A stretch of DNA of 64,000 nt from Minisyncoccota bacterium (GTDB lineage: Bacteria > Patescibacteriota > Minisyncoccia > Minisyncoccales > Minisyncoccaceae), in assembly GCA_028692555.1 (NCBI GenBank), contig JAQUXE010000002.1:1-64000 (forward strand), read 5' to 3'. Under the pieces are notes generated by a model. The model worked only from the letters and a program-made list of their open reading frames with translations, was not told the DNA's origin and made no database searches. Made by a program: the position numbers and the translations under genes. Positions 18,485-27,439 of the stretch are shown here, piece after piece. The first letter of the stretch is position 1. Every line of letters starts with the position of its first letter.

Positions 18485-19119
18485 TGGCAAAAGCACCATC
18501 ACAACAATTCATACCAATCCAGCAAATTAGAGAGGGGATAATGGTCCAGAAAGACAAATCCCTAAAGGGCGTTATTTTAGTTTCTTCTTTAAACTTCGGA
18601 CTAAAGTCAGAAGATGAACAAATGGCTATCATTTATCAATTTCAAAACTTCTTGAATTCTCTTGATTTCTCTTGTCAGATTGTTGTTAGTTCTAGAAAAG
18701 TAAATATTACAGGGTATATCGAAAAAATTGGAGAACTAGAAGGAAAGCAACAAAATCAATTATTAAAAATTCAAACAGCTGAATATCGTGCTTTTATCGA
18801 AGAGATTGTTTCTACAGGATCTATTATGACTAAGAAATTCTATATCGTTGTTCCATACTTCCCAATGCTTGAAATAGCTGGTGTTCCAGGACAAACATCT
18901 TCTGAAACAGGAATGGACTTAACAGAGAAGAAGTTTCAAACAGGAAAATATCAATTATGGCAAAGAATGGAGTATGTTTCATTGGGGATAAGAAGATGTG
19001 GTCTAAAATCAGTAAATTTAGGCTCTGAAGAGCTAATTGAATTGTTATGGTCACTTCATCACATTAATCAGGCAGAGCTAGGATATTATCCTGACTTGCC
19101 ACCTGAAATTATAATATAA
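18484..19119 (+). CDS. VirB4/TraE-type conjugation ATPase, N-terminal portion (split gene or frameshift)
   Basis: 211 aa beginning ...FIPIQQIREGIMVQKDKSLKGVILVSSLNFGLKSEDEQ..., the characteristic N-terminal domain of Gram-positive-type VirB4 homologs. Ends 1 nt before the next ORF in another frame. Confidence 0.55.
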   Translation: MAKAPSQQFIPIQQIREGIMVQKDKSLKGVILVSSLNFGLKSEDEQMAIIYQFQNFLNSLDFSCQIVVSSRKVNITGYIEKIGELEGKQQNQLLKIQTAEYRAFIEEIVSTGSIMTKKFYIVVPYFPMLEIAGVPGQTSSETGMDLTEKKFQTGKYQLWQRMEYVSLGIRRCGLKSVNLGSEELIELLWSLHHINQAELGYYPDLPPEIII

Positions 19120-19120
19120 T

Positions 19121-20899
19121 ATGGGATTATTCGGAAACAAAAGACAAAAGAAAGAAAAGATTATGGACAGAGAAATAACTTCTGCAATAGACATTATTTC
19201 TCCTGCCTCAATTGAGGTTCATCCAAATCACATTAAGCTAGAAGAGAAATTAGCAAAAACCTATTTTGTTTTTTCTTATCCAAGATATTTAACTACTGGA
19301 TGGCTTTCTCCAATTATTAATATGGATATTCCACTTGATATTTCTTTCTTTTTTCATCCAATTGAAACAGGTAGCATTTTGAAACAGCTAAGGAAAAGTG
19401 TAACAGAAGTTCAAGCAGAAATAATGGAAAGAGAAGAGAAAGGCCTTATTAGAGATCCGGCACTAGAGACAGCATATCAAGACCTTGAAGACTTAAGAGG
19501 ACAACTTCAAACAGCTCAAGAAAAAATGTTCAAGTTTGGATTATATATTACAGTTTATGCTGATGATATAAAAGAGCTTGAAAGGATAGAAACTATTTTA
19601 AGATCGACGCTTGAGTCTCGTTTAATTTATATCAAGCCAGCACTATACCAGCAAAAAGAAGGACTACTTTCAACTTTTCCCTATGGAACTGATTTATTAC
19701 AAATTCACAACACGTTAAACACAACTCCACTATCAAGTATTTTTCCCTTCATATCATTTGATCTTAGTTCAAACGAAGGAATACTTTATGGATTAAATAA
19801 ACATAACAGCTCACTAGTTCTATTTGATCGTTTTAGTATGGAAAATGCTAATATGGTAATTTTTGCTAAATCAGGTTCTGGTAAATCATATGCTGTAAAA
19901 TTAGAGATTCTTCGTTCTTTAATGATGGGAACAGAATGTATTATTTTAGACCCTGAAAATGAGTTTAAAACGCTAGCTGAATCAGTCGATGGATCATTCT
20001 TTAAAATATCTTTAAGTTCCGAAAGCCATGTTAATCCATTTGACTTGCCCGAGCCAAGGGAAGATGAGCGAGCAGAAGATGTTTTGCGTTCTAATATTAT
20101 TAATCTAGTTGGACTAATGAGAATCATGCTCGATGGATTAAGCGCCGAAGAAGATGCTATTATGGATCAAGCGTTATCTGAAACTTATGCTGCAAAAGAC
20201 ATTACCCCTAACTCTGACCCATCAACATGGGCAGAGAATGTTCCAATTATGTCAGACCTTGAATCAGTGCTAGAAACGATGGAAGGGGCCGATTCTTTAG
20301 TTGAAAGAATAAGAAAGTTCACAAGGGGAACATTTGCCTCCTTCTTTAATCAAAGATCAAATATATCAATGAATAATAATTTAGTTGTTTTCGGTATAAG
20401 GGACATGGAAGATGAGCTTCGTCCTATGGCGATGTTTATTATCATGCGTTACATCTGGAACACAGCAAGAGCGGTCCTCAAGAAAAGAATACTAGTTATA
20501 GATGAGGCATGGTGGATGATGAAAACTGACGATGGAGCATCTTTCTTGTTTGGAATATGTAAAAGAGCTAGAAAATATTGGTTAGGAGTAACAACTATCA
20601 CTCAAGATGTTTCTGATTTTATGCGATCTGATTATGGAAAACCAATCATCACCAACTCTTCTATACAATTACTATTAAAACAAAGTCCCGCAACAATAGA
20701 TTTAATCCAGCAAACATTTAATTTAACTGAGCAAGAAAAATTTCTTTTGCTTGAAACCCCAGTAGGGGAAGGAATCTTTTTCGCTGGACAGAAACATGTC
20801 TCCATTAGAATTATGGCATCATACACAGAAGATCAAATTATTACCACAAGCCCAGAAGAGATAGCAAAAATTAAACAAGCAAAAAACCTGCTTAGCTAG
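19121..20899 (+). CDS. VirB4/TraE-type conjugation ATPase, ATPase domain
   Basis: 592 aa. Walker A FAKSGSGKSY, VirB4 hallmark Walker B ILVIDEAWWMM, conserved C-terminal region. 211+592 aa matches full-length VirB4 (~800 aa). Confidence 0.8.
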   Translation: MGLFGNKRQKKEKIMDREITSAIDIISPASIEVHPNHIKLEEKLAKTYFVFSYPRYLTTGWLSPIINMDIPLDISFFFHPIETGSILKQLRKSVTEVQAEIMEREEKGLIRDPALETAYQDLEDLRGQLQTAQEKMFKFGLYITVYADDIKELERIETILRSTLESRLIYIKPALYQQKEGLLSTFPYGTDLLQIHNTLNTTPLSSIFPFISFDLSSNEGILYGLNKHNSSLVLFDRFSMENANMVIFAKSGSGKSYAVKLEILRSLMMGTECIILDPENEFKTLAESVDGSFFKISLSSESHVNPFDLPEPREDERAEDVLRSNIINLVGLMRIMLDGLSAEEDAIMDQALSETYAAKDITPNSDPSTWAENVPIMSDLESVLETMEGADSLVERIRKFTRGTFASFFNQRSNISMNNNLVVFGIRDMEDELRPMAMFIIMRYIWNTARAVLKKRILVIDEAWWMMKTDDGASFLFGICKRARKYWLGVTTITQDVSDFMRSDYGKPIITNSSIQLLLKQSPATIDLIQQTFNLTEQEKFLLLETPVGEGIFFAGQKHVSIRIMASYTEDQIITTSPEEIAKIKQAKNLLS

Positions 20900-21341
20900 C
20901 AGGTTTTACTATAATCTTTCTTTCTTCTCCTTCGCCAACACTTTCTGCTAAAACGTCGTTTCTTTCTTGTAGTTCTATGTGAACTATTCTTCTGTCAAAC
21001 GAAGACATTAAAGGAATCTCTCTTTCTCTTCCTGTCTTTAAAACCTCGTCAGCAACTCTCCAAGCAAGATCTTTTAAATAGCTTTCTTTGTTCTTTTTGT
21101 AATTATCAACATCTACACTAATATATGATTCTTCGCTTGTTTTCTTTTTAATTATTTTTCTCAAGAGTAGTTGTACATCTGCTAAAACAAGGCCCTGTCT
21201 TCCAATTAGTGTTTGAGCGTCATTTGTTGCAATGTCAATATTAATTAGATTATCTTTTTGTTCAACTTCAATACTAGCTTCAAAACTAGCCTTTTTAAAG
21301 AATTCATCTACTATGTTCTTAATTTCTTCTTTGTTAATCAT
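20892..21341 (-). CDS. jag: Jag/EloR-type KH + R3H RNA-binding protein
   Basis: 149 aa with KH-like and R3H-like C-terminal region. Last gene of the conserved rpmH-rnpA-yidC-jag cluster. Confidence 0.7.
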   Translation of the reverse strand: MINKEEIKNIVDEFFKKASFEASIEVEQKDNLINIDIATNDAQTLIGRQGLVLADVQLLLRKIIKKKTSEESYISVDVDNYKKNKESYLKDLAWRVADEVLKTGREREIPLMSSFDRRIVHIELQERNDVLAESVGEGEERKIIVKPAS

Positions 21342-22053
21342 TGTTCTGTTTTAATATTTTCTTTTGTTGATATATTGTCATTGCAGTTGTTATTAGCCAA
21401 TAAACACCAAGTGCTGATGGTAAAGTGAATAAAACAAACAATGTTACTATAGGAAGTATAAAAACCATCTGTTTCTGCATCATGTCAGTAATCTGCATCG
21501 TTTTGTCTTTTGGCTCTTTGCTTTCTTTTCCGTCTTTCTGTTTTGTAAAACTTGTCTTTGCTTGGAAGTATTGAGCTATTGCTGCAAGTACTGCTAAAAA
21601 CATATTTGGTTGAGACAGGTCAATTCCTAAGAAGTAAGGGTTAATCATTTCTGGAAGGTGAACAAAAGAATACATGTATTGGGGATCAATCACTATTCCT
21701 CCTTTGAATATTTGGAACAAGGCGATAATAATAGGTATCTGTATAAAAAGCAAAAGAATGCTTGAAAAAGGATTAAAGTTCTTTTCCTTATATAGAGCCA
21801 TCATTGCTTGAGCTTGTTTCTCTGGAGTATCTTTGTATTTCTTTTGGATTTCTTTTATCTTTGGCTGAATTTCTGCCATTGCCTTTTGCGACTCTATTGC
21901 TTTTTTATTTAATGGATTTGTTAACCATTTGATTAGAACTGTAAGGATTATTACAGCAACACCAAAATTATTTGTAAGGACATATATTAAAACTAAGAAA
22001 TTCAGCATTGGCTGATAGAGTAGGGCATTATAGATTGTTAAAAAGATATTCAT
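21334..22053 (-). CDS. yidC: membrane protein insertase YidC (short form)
   Basis: 239 aa polytopic protein with YidC/Oxa1 core motifs. Synteny after rnpA. Confidence 0.8.
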   Translation of the reverse strand: MNIFLTIYNALLYQPMLNFLVLIYVLTNNFGVAVIILTVLIKWLTNPLNKKAIESQKAMAEIQPKIKEIQKKYKDTPEKQAQAMMALYKEKNFNPFSSILLLFIQIPIIIALFQIFKGGIVIDPQYMYSFVHLPEMINPYFLGIDLSQPNMFLAVLAAIAQYFQAKTSFTKQKDGKESKEPKDKTMQITDMMQKQMVFILPIVTLFVLFTLPSALGVYWLITTAMTIYQQKKILKQNND

Positions 22054-22370
22054 CGTTTTAATGTTTTTTCAATATCACTCTCTATTTCATTATATGGAAC
22101 GCCTTTTATTGAAGATAATGCAATGATTATAATACTTAGCCCTCTCTTAAGGTCAGTCTTTTTTGCTACTTCTCTAAGCTGTCTTTTTATCTTATTTCTT
22201 TCTACGGCCTTTTTAGAAACTTTCTTGCTAACTATGAATCCTACTTTTGCATACCCTAGCCCATTACCTAAATACTTTACAATAATATTTCTTCCCTTTA
22301 TCGTTCTTCCATTCTCAAAAATAGCCTCAAACTCTTTCTTTTTCTTAAGCCGATTCTCTTTGGGCAACAT
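22050..22370 (-). CDS. rnpA: ribonuclease P protein component
   Basis: 106 aa basic protein. RnpA motif KVSKKAVERNKIKRQLRE. Follows rpmH. Confidence 0.8.
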   Translation of the reverse strand: MLPKENRLKKKKEFEAIFENGRTIKGRNIIVKYLGNGLGYAKVGFIVSKKVSKKAVERNKIKRQLREVAKKTDLKRGLSIIIIALSSIKGVPYNEIESDIEKTLKR

Positions 22371-22376
22371 AGAACA

Positions 22377-22511
22377 TTAAACAGAAAGCTTTGCTCTTCC
22401 TTTTCTTCTCCTGTTAGCTAGAATCTTCTGGCCACTTTTTGTGCTAGATCTTTCTAGAAAACCGTGAGTTGTTTGCCTCTTCTTCTTTTTGGGCTGATAG
22501 GTTTTGCTCAT
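22377..22511 (-). CDS. rpmH: 50S ribosomal protein L34
   Basis: Not in ORF track (44 aa). Reverse-complement translation gives MSKTYQPKKKKRQTTHGFLERSSTKSGQKILANRRRKGRAKLSV, a textbook L34. Confidence 0.85.
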   Translation of the reverse strand: MSKTYQPKKKKRQTTHGFLERSSTKSGQKILANRRRKGRAKLSV

Positions 22512-22738
22512 AATGTTATTAATAATTAACTTATGAGGAAACTATAACAAAAAATGTTCCCTTGGTCAATCAATTTATGCGCTGCCTATATTTTATCTTG
22601 TACGCTTATATATATACAGGATAATACAACGCTTAAAATTACCAGCTACTTTTCCACATCATATCCACAGGGGCCATTATTCCCTTCATCCTATAATGTT
22701 TTTTTGATTTGTTGACGATAGTAAGATATAATGATGTT
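22512..22738. other. origin-proximal spacer upstream of dnaA with near-consensus DnaA boxes
   Basis: TTTTCCACA (22651-22659) and ATATCCACA (22661-22669), each 1 mismatch to TTATCCACA. AT-rich. Divergent rpmH / dnaA promoters expected here. Confidence 0.45.
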
Positions 22739-24100
22739 ATGACTAATGAAGAAATCTGGCAATCAGTTTTATCTCAAATTCAATTGAATATTTCTCCAGC
22801 AAACTTTGCTACATGGTTTGCCAATACCGCCATATCTTCTATTGAAGATGATTTTGCTGTTGTCTCTGTTCCAAACTCTTTTTCGAAAGAATGGATGGAA
22901 CAAAAATACCACAAAGAAATATTAAAGATCATAAAATCAATTGATGAAAGTGTTAAGGAGATTAAATATATTGTTGTTCCTATGAACACAAAAACAACCA
23001 CCAAGAAAACAATGAAGAAAGAGCAGGAAGAACCTGTTGAACAACTTGGCTTTTCAGAGTTAGAAGTAGACAAAGAAACAAACCTTAACCCTAAATACAG
23101 TTTTAATAATTTCATAATCGGGCCATTCAATGAAATCGCCTATGCCGCCGCGATGTCTATTGTAGAAGAGCCAGGAAGAAACTATAATCCCTTATTCATA
23201 TACGGCGATGTGGGACTAGGAAAAACTCACTTAATGCAAGCTATTGGAAACAAGATAAAAGAAGACTTTCCCTCTAAGAAAATAAAATATATACCTGCAG
23301 AAAGATTAATTTCAAAGATTGTAAATGCTATTAGATCTCAAAGCATTGAAGAATTGAAAAAAAACCTAAGAGAAATCGATGTTTTGATTGTCGACGATAT
23401 TCAATTCTTGGCCGGAAAAGATAAAACTCAAGAAGAGTTCTTTCACACTTTTAATTCTCTCTATCAAAAAAATAAACAAATTATACTTTCTTCTGATAGA
23501 CACCCTGATAATATTCCTGCTATCACAGAAAGACTCAAGTCACGCTTTAATGGGGGAATGATCGCTGACATAAATATGCCCGACTATGAAACAAGGCTAG
23601 CAATATTAAGTCAGAAAATAGAAGAAAAGAATATTAGTATTTCTCAAGATGTTTTAGAATATATTGCTAGTAACGTCCAAAAGAACATAAGAGAGCTAGA
23701 AAGCTCAATTAGTCGATTAGTAATTTGTAAAAAAACAAACGGAAATAAAATAATAAACATTGATGACGCTAAGAAGTTGTTAAAGAATATTATTGTTTCT
23801 CCAGTCAAGATTACTAATCATAAGAAAATAATTGAATCAATTAATAGTTTCTATGATATCTCTTCGAGTAATATGTTCTTAACTTCTAGAAAGAAAGAGT
23901 ATGCTAGACCGAGACAGATTGCAATGTATTTACTTAAGAAGGAATTAAAAATGTCTTACTCAGAAATAGGTAGAAAGTTTGGAGGAAAAGACCATACAAC
24001 AGTAATGCATGCTTGTCAATTAATAGAAAAATCTTATGAAGAAAATGATAAAACAAGACAAGAAATAGATTTAATTTTGCAAAGAATATATAGTAAATAG
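22739..24100 (+). CDS. dnaA: chromosomal replication initiator DnaA
   Basis: AAA+ Walker A GDVGLGKTHL, Walker B LIVDDIQF, C-terminal DnaA box-binding signature (KFGGKDHTTVMHA). Start placed at ATG MTNEEIWQ (ORF track begins at upstream TTG 22709). Confidence 0.95.
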   Translation: MTNEEIWQSVLSQIQLNISPANFATWFANTAISSIEDDFAVVSVPNSFSKEWMEQKYHKEILKIIKSIDESVKEIKYIVVPMNTKTTTKKTMKKEQEEPVEQLGFSELEVDKETNLNPKYSFNNFIIGPFNEIAYAAAMSIVEEPGRNYNPLFIYGDVGLGKTHLMQAIGNKIKEDFPSKKIKYIPAERLISKIVNAIRSQSIEELKKNLREIDVLIVDDIQFLAGKDKTQEEFFHTFNSLYQKNKQIILSSDRHPDNIPAITERLKSRFNGGMIADINMPDYETRLAILSQKIEEKNISISQDVLEYIASNVQKNIRELESSISRLVICKKTNGNKIINIDDAKKLLKNIIVSPVKITNHKKIIESINSFYDISSSNMFLTSRKKEYARPRQIAMYLLKKELKMSYSEIGRKFGGKDHTTVMHACQLIEKSYEENDKTRQEIDLILQRIYSK

Positions 24101-24319
24101 TGTGGAAAAAATGTTAAGATAATAGTGGTAAAATAATTAATAAAAAAGTTATTAATTATTAAACAGAGATTATCTAATAATTAATACCCTTCTTATCCAC
24201 ATTCAATAAAACCTAAAGCCCTTACAATTAAAACAAAAAATTAGAAATAATAATGTTATCCACAAAATAATCAAAATTAATAGTAATAATAAATAAATAA
24301 GAATTATTATAAGAAAAAT
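24101..24319. other. oriC candidate (dnaA-dnaN intergenic) with DnaA boxes and AT-rich unwinding region
   Basis: Perfect TTATCCACA at 24193-24201 and 24256-24264. TGTGGAAAA (1 mismatch, opposite orientation) at 24101-24109. Extremely AT-rich tracts (ATAATAAATAAATAAGAATTATTATAAG) near 24281-24310. Confidence 0.65.
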
Positions 24320-25444
24320 ATGAACTTCACAATATTAGCTAAAGAACTAAAAAAAGGATTAACCTTTGTAGAGAAAATAACAGGTAAAAATTTAACATTA
24401 CCAATACTTAATAATTTATTAATTGAAGCGCTTCCTAATTTCTTAAAAATATCTTCAACTGATTTAGAAGTAGGAATAGAATGGTGGGGACCATGCAAAA
24501 CTGAAAAAGAGGGAAGTGTTGTTGTTCCTGCTAAATTCTTAAGTCAATTAGTCGGGGCATTACCAGAAGAGAAAATAAATATAAGGAATAAGGGAAGTAA
24601 CCTTTTAATTGAAGGTAATAATATTAAAACACAAGTTAAAGGATTTTCTTCTGAAGAATTTCCAATTATTCCTAAATTTCTTAAAGATATATATATAGAG
24701 ATGGATGGAAAAAAATTAAGGGATGGCTTAATAAGTGTTGTCGATATGGTAAGTGCTTCTCAAGTTAAGCCAGAAATATCTGGAGTATATTTCTCTTTTA
24801 ATAATGGAGATATTAAACTAGTAGCGACAGATAGTTTTAGGCTTGCCGAAAAAACAATTAAAGATGATATTAAAAATTTATTTGAAAGGGAAATTAATTT
24901 TATTCTTCCTCAAAAAACAACAAAAGAATTAATTAATATTTTACCAGAAGAAGAAGACAAAAAAATAAGAATATATTTTTCTGAGTCACAGGTAATGTTT
25001 GAGACTTTCCTACCCAACTCAACTCATTCAGAGATTAATCTTGTTTCAAGACAAATTGACGGCGAGTACCCATCATATGAAGAAATTATTCCTAAAGCGT
25101 CAAAAACAAAAATTGTTTTAAATAAAGATGAGTTTGTAAAACAAATTAAGATGGCGGGACTCTTTGGAGGAAAGACTAGTGAAGTAGCTATAAAAGTAGG
25201 AGAAAAAAACATAGAGATAAAAAGTCAAGATGATGAGATAGGAGAAAGTGAGTTAAGTATGATAGCTATTACTGAGGGCGATCCAGCAAAAGTATCATTT
25301 AATTATCGTTTCATATTAAATGCACTAATAAACATTAAAGCTTCAGAAATATCTTTTGAAATGCAAGGCAATGATGGTCCAGCGCTAATCAAGCCAATAG
25401 GAGACACCAGTTATCAGTATGTAATTATGCCTATTAGAGTATAA
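24320..25444 (+). CDS. dnaN: DNA polymerase III beta sliding clamp
   Basis: 374 aa, three-domain clamp pattern. Canonical position after dnaA. Confidence 0.9.
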   Translation: MNFTILAKELKKGLTFVEKITGKNLTLPILNNLLIEALPNFLKISSTDLEVGIEWWGPCKTEKEGSVVVPAKFLSQLVGALPEEKINIRNKGSNLLIEGNNIKTQVKGFSSEEFPIIPKFLKDIYIEMDGKKLRDGLISVVDMVSASQVKPEISGVYFSFNNGDIKLVATDSFRLAEKTIKDDIKNLFEREINFILPQKTTKELINILPEEEDKKIRIYFSESQVMFETFLPNSTHSEINLVSRQIDGEYPSYEEIIPKASKTKIVLNKDEFVKQIKMAGLFGGKTSEVAIKVGEKNIEIKSQDDEIGESELSMIAITEGDPAKVSFNYRFILNALINIKASEISFEMQGNDGPALIKPIGDTSYQYVIMPIRV

Positions 25445-25508
25445 TTTATATTAATTGATCCAAGTTGAACTATATCAATTAATACAAATTGAATATAGTA
25501 TAGTTTGA

Positions 25509-27389
25509 TTAATTTCTAATTTCCACGCTTTTCTCAATAATTCTTCTCCATTGAGGACCAGAGGCTGATTCTCCAACTCCTCCGTACATAGGAGTGTTAT
25601 CGTTATTCCCCGACCACACACCAACACAAGTGTCTTTGGTGCAACCAACAATCCAGCCGTCAACATTTAATTGAGTGGTACCTGTTTTTACAAAGACCTT
25701 GTAATTATCAAACCTTAAGTTTGAATTATATCCAAATATTGGAGCCCTAGCGTTATTGTCTGATAAGACATCTGTAATCATTTCGCAAACACTAGTTTCT
25801 AGAACTTTCCTTGGAGTATTCTTATTCTCATAAATCACATTTCCATTAGCATCTTCAATTTTTAAAATTGCTGAAGGAACAATTCTATATCCTCCATTAG
25901 CAAAGACGCCGTAAGCACTTACCATATCAATTAAGTGAACCTCTCCTCCTCCTAAAACAAGAGATAGTCCATAAAAAGAAGATGGTTGATTTAATGTTGT
26001 AATGCCCATCTTTTGAGCTAAAGTTATACTATCGTTTAAACCAGCCATACTATTTAAAACCTTAACAGCAGGGATATTCAATGATTGAGCGAGAGCACTT
26101 CTTAGTGTAACAGCGCCTCTAAGTCTTCCATCATAGTTTCTAGGAATGTATTCTTCTCCACCCCAAATACCAAAACTTGTTAATTCATCAATTACAATTG
26201 TCTGGTCAGTAAATCCCTTTCTAAATGCCTCAGCGTAAACAAATGGTTTAAAGGATGAGCCCGGCTGTCTTTTTCCTTGAGTAGCAACATTATAATCAGG
26301 AACAAATTTACAGTTAGTTGCTGGATTGCATCCTTCTGGGAACGGCTTTCCCCATGGGTCGGCGGAGCCCACCATTGAAAGAATTTGCCCTGTCTTATGA
26401 TCAATTGAAACAGTTGCGGAATTATATGCTCCAAAGCGATTAATATTGCTTGTAACCCCTTCCTTGATTATATTCTCAGATTCTTGCTGTAGATCCCAAT
26501 CAAGAGTAGTATATATTCTTAACCCTCTTGTTTCTAGAAATGTAGGCCCATAAATTGATTCTATTTGTTGTCTTACATAATTAACAAAATGAACAGCAAC
26601 CGTTTTTGGCCTATCAGAAAAAGATAACTCAATTTCTTTTATCTCATCTCTTTGCTCTTCAGAAATATATCCAACAATTGCCATCCTATTTAAAACATAA
26701 TTTTTTCTTTCCAGTAGGGCGTCAACGTTCTTGCCATAAGGGGAATAAAAACTAGGAGCTTGGATTGTTGCTGCTAAAAGAGCGGACTCTTCTATTGTTA
26801 AATCATTTGCACTCTTTTGAAAGTATGTTTGTGAGGCCTCTTCAATTCCATATATATTTACACCAAAAGGAACTTGATTCAAATACCACTCTAGTATCTG
26901 CTCCTTAGAATATGTTCTATCTAACTCAAGAGACAAAACAATCTCTCTTACCTTTCTTCCAATACTTCTATCAGGAATTAAAAAAGTACTTCTAATTAAT
27001 TGTTGAGTAATGGTTGACCCACCAGGGACGTGTAAGCTCTGAGCAGATATTCCTAACTTAAGGGCTCTAGCAATTCCTCCAAAATCAATTCCGATGTGGT
27101 TATAGAAATCAGCATCCTCAGTTGCAATTACTGCATTTTGCATATTAATTGATATTTGAGATAAAGGTACATATGTTCTTCTTTCTTCTCCATAGATATT
27201 AGATAAGACAACCTTACCAGTCCTATCATATATCTTAGTAGACAAGTTCAGTTGTGCTTCAGTAAAAACCTCTGGACGAGGCAAATCTTTAGTGTAGTAG
27301 AAAAACAGTGAGAGGCCGGCAATAAAAGTCACGAATAATAGTGAAAACAATATTTTGAAACATTTCTTTAGTCCTTTTTTCATAACCAT
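25509..27389 (-). CDS. class A penicillin-binding protein (GT51 transglycosylase + transpeptidase)
   Basis: N-terminal TM. GT51 motif EDADFYNHIGID. Transpeptidase SSFKP (SxxK), KTGTT. Confidence 0.85.
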   Translation of the reverse strand: MVMKKGLKKCFKILFSLLFVTFIAGLSLFFYYTKDLPRPEVFTEAQLNLSTKIYDRTGKVVLSNIYGEERRTYVPLSQISINMQNAVIATEDADFYNHIGIDFGGIARALKLGISAQSLHVPGGSTITQQLIRSTFLIPDRSIGRKVREIVLSLELDRTYSKEQILEWYLNQVPFGVNIYGIEEASQTYFQKSANDLTIEESALLAATIQAPSFYSPYGKNVDALLERKNYVLNRMAIVGYISEEQRDEIKEIELSFSDRPKTVAVHFVNYVRQQIESIYGPTFLETRGLRIYTTLDWDLQQESENIIKEGVTSNINRFGAYNSATVSIDHKTGQILSMVGSADPWGKPFPEGCNPATNCKFVPDYNVATQGKRQPGSSFKPFVYAEAFRKGFTDQTIVIDELTSFGIWGGEEYIPRNYDGRLRGAVTLRSALAQSLNIPAVKVLNSMAGLNDSITLAQKMGITTLNQPSSFYGLSLVLGGGEVHLIDMVSAYGVFANGGYRIVPSAILKIEDANGNVIYENKNTPRKVLETSVCEMITDVLSDNNARAPIFGYNSNLRFDNYKVFVKTGTTQLNVDGWIVGCTKDTCVGVWSGNNDNTPMYGGVGESASGPQWRRIIEKSVEIRN

Positions 27390-27439
27390 ATATTATCACT
27401 TCTTTTGACTTTTGGGAACATTTAATCAATAATATAATT

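Noticed and set aside
22709-22738. TTG-initiated N-terminal extension of dnaA (MLTIVRYNDV)
   Set aside because: DnaA homologs begin near M-x-x-x-W; ATG at 22739 (MTNEEIWQ) fits, and the extension overlaps the promoter-like TTGACG/TATAAT sequences.
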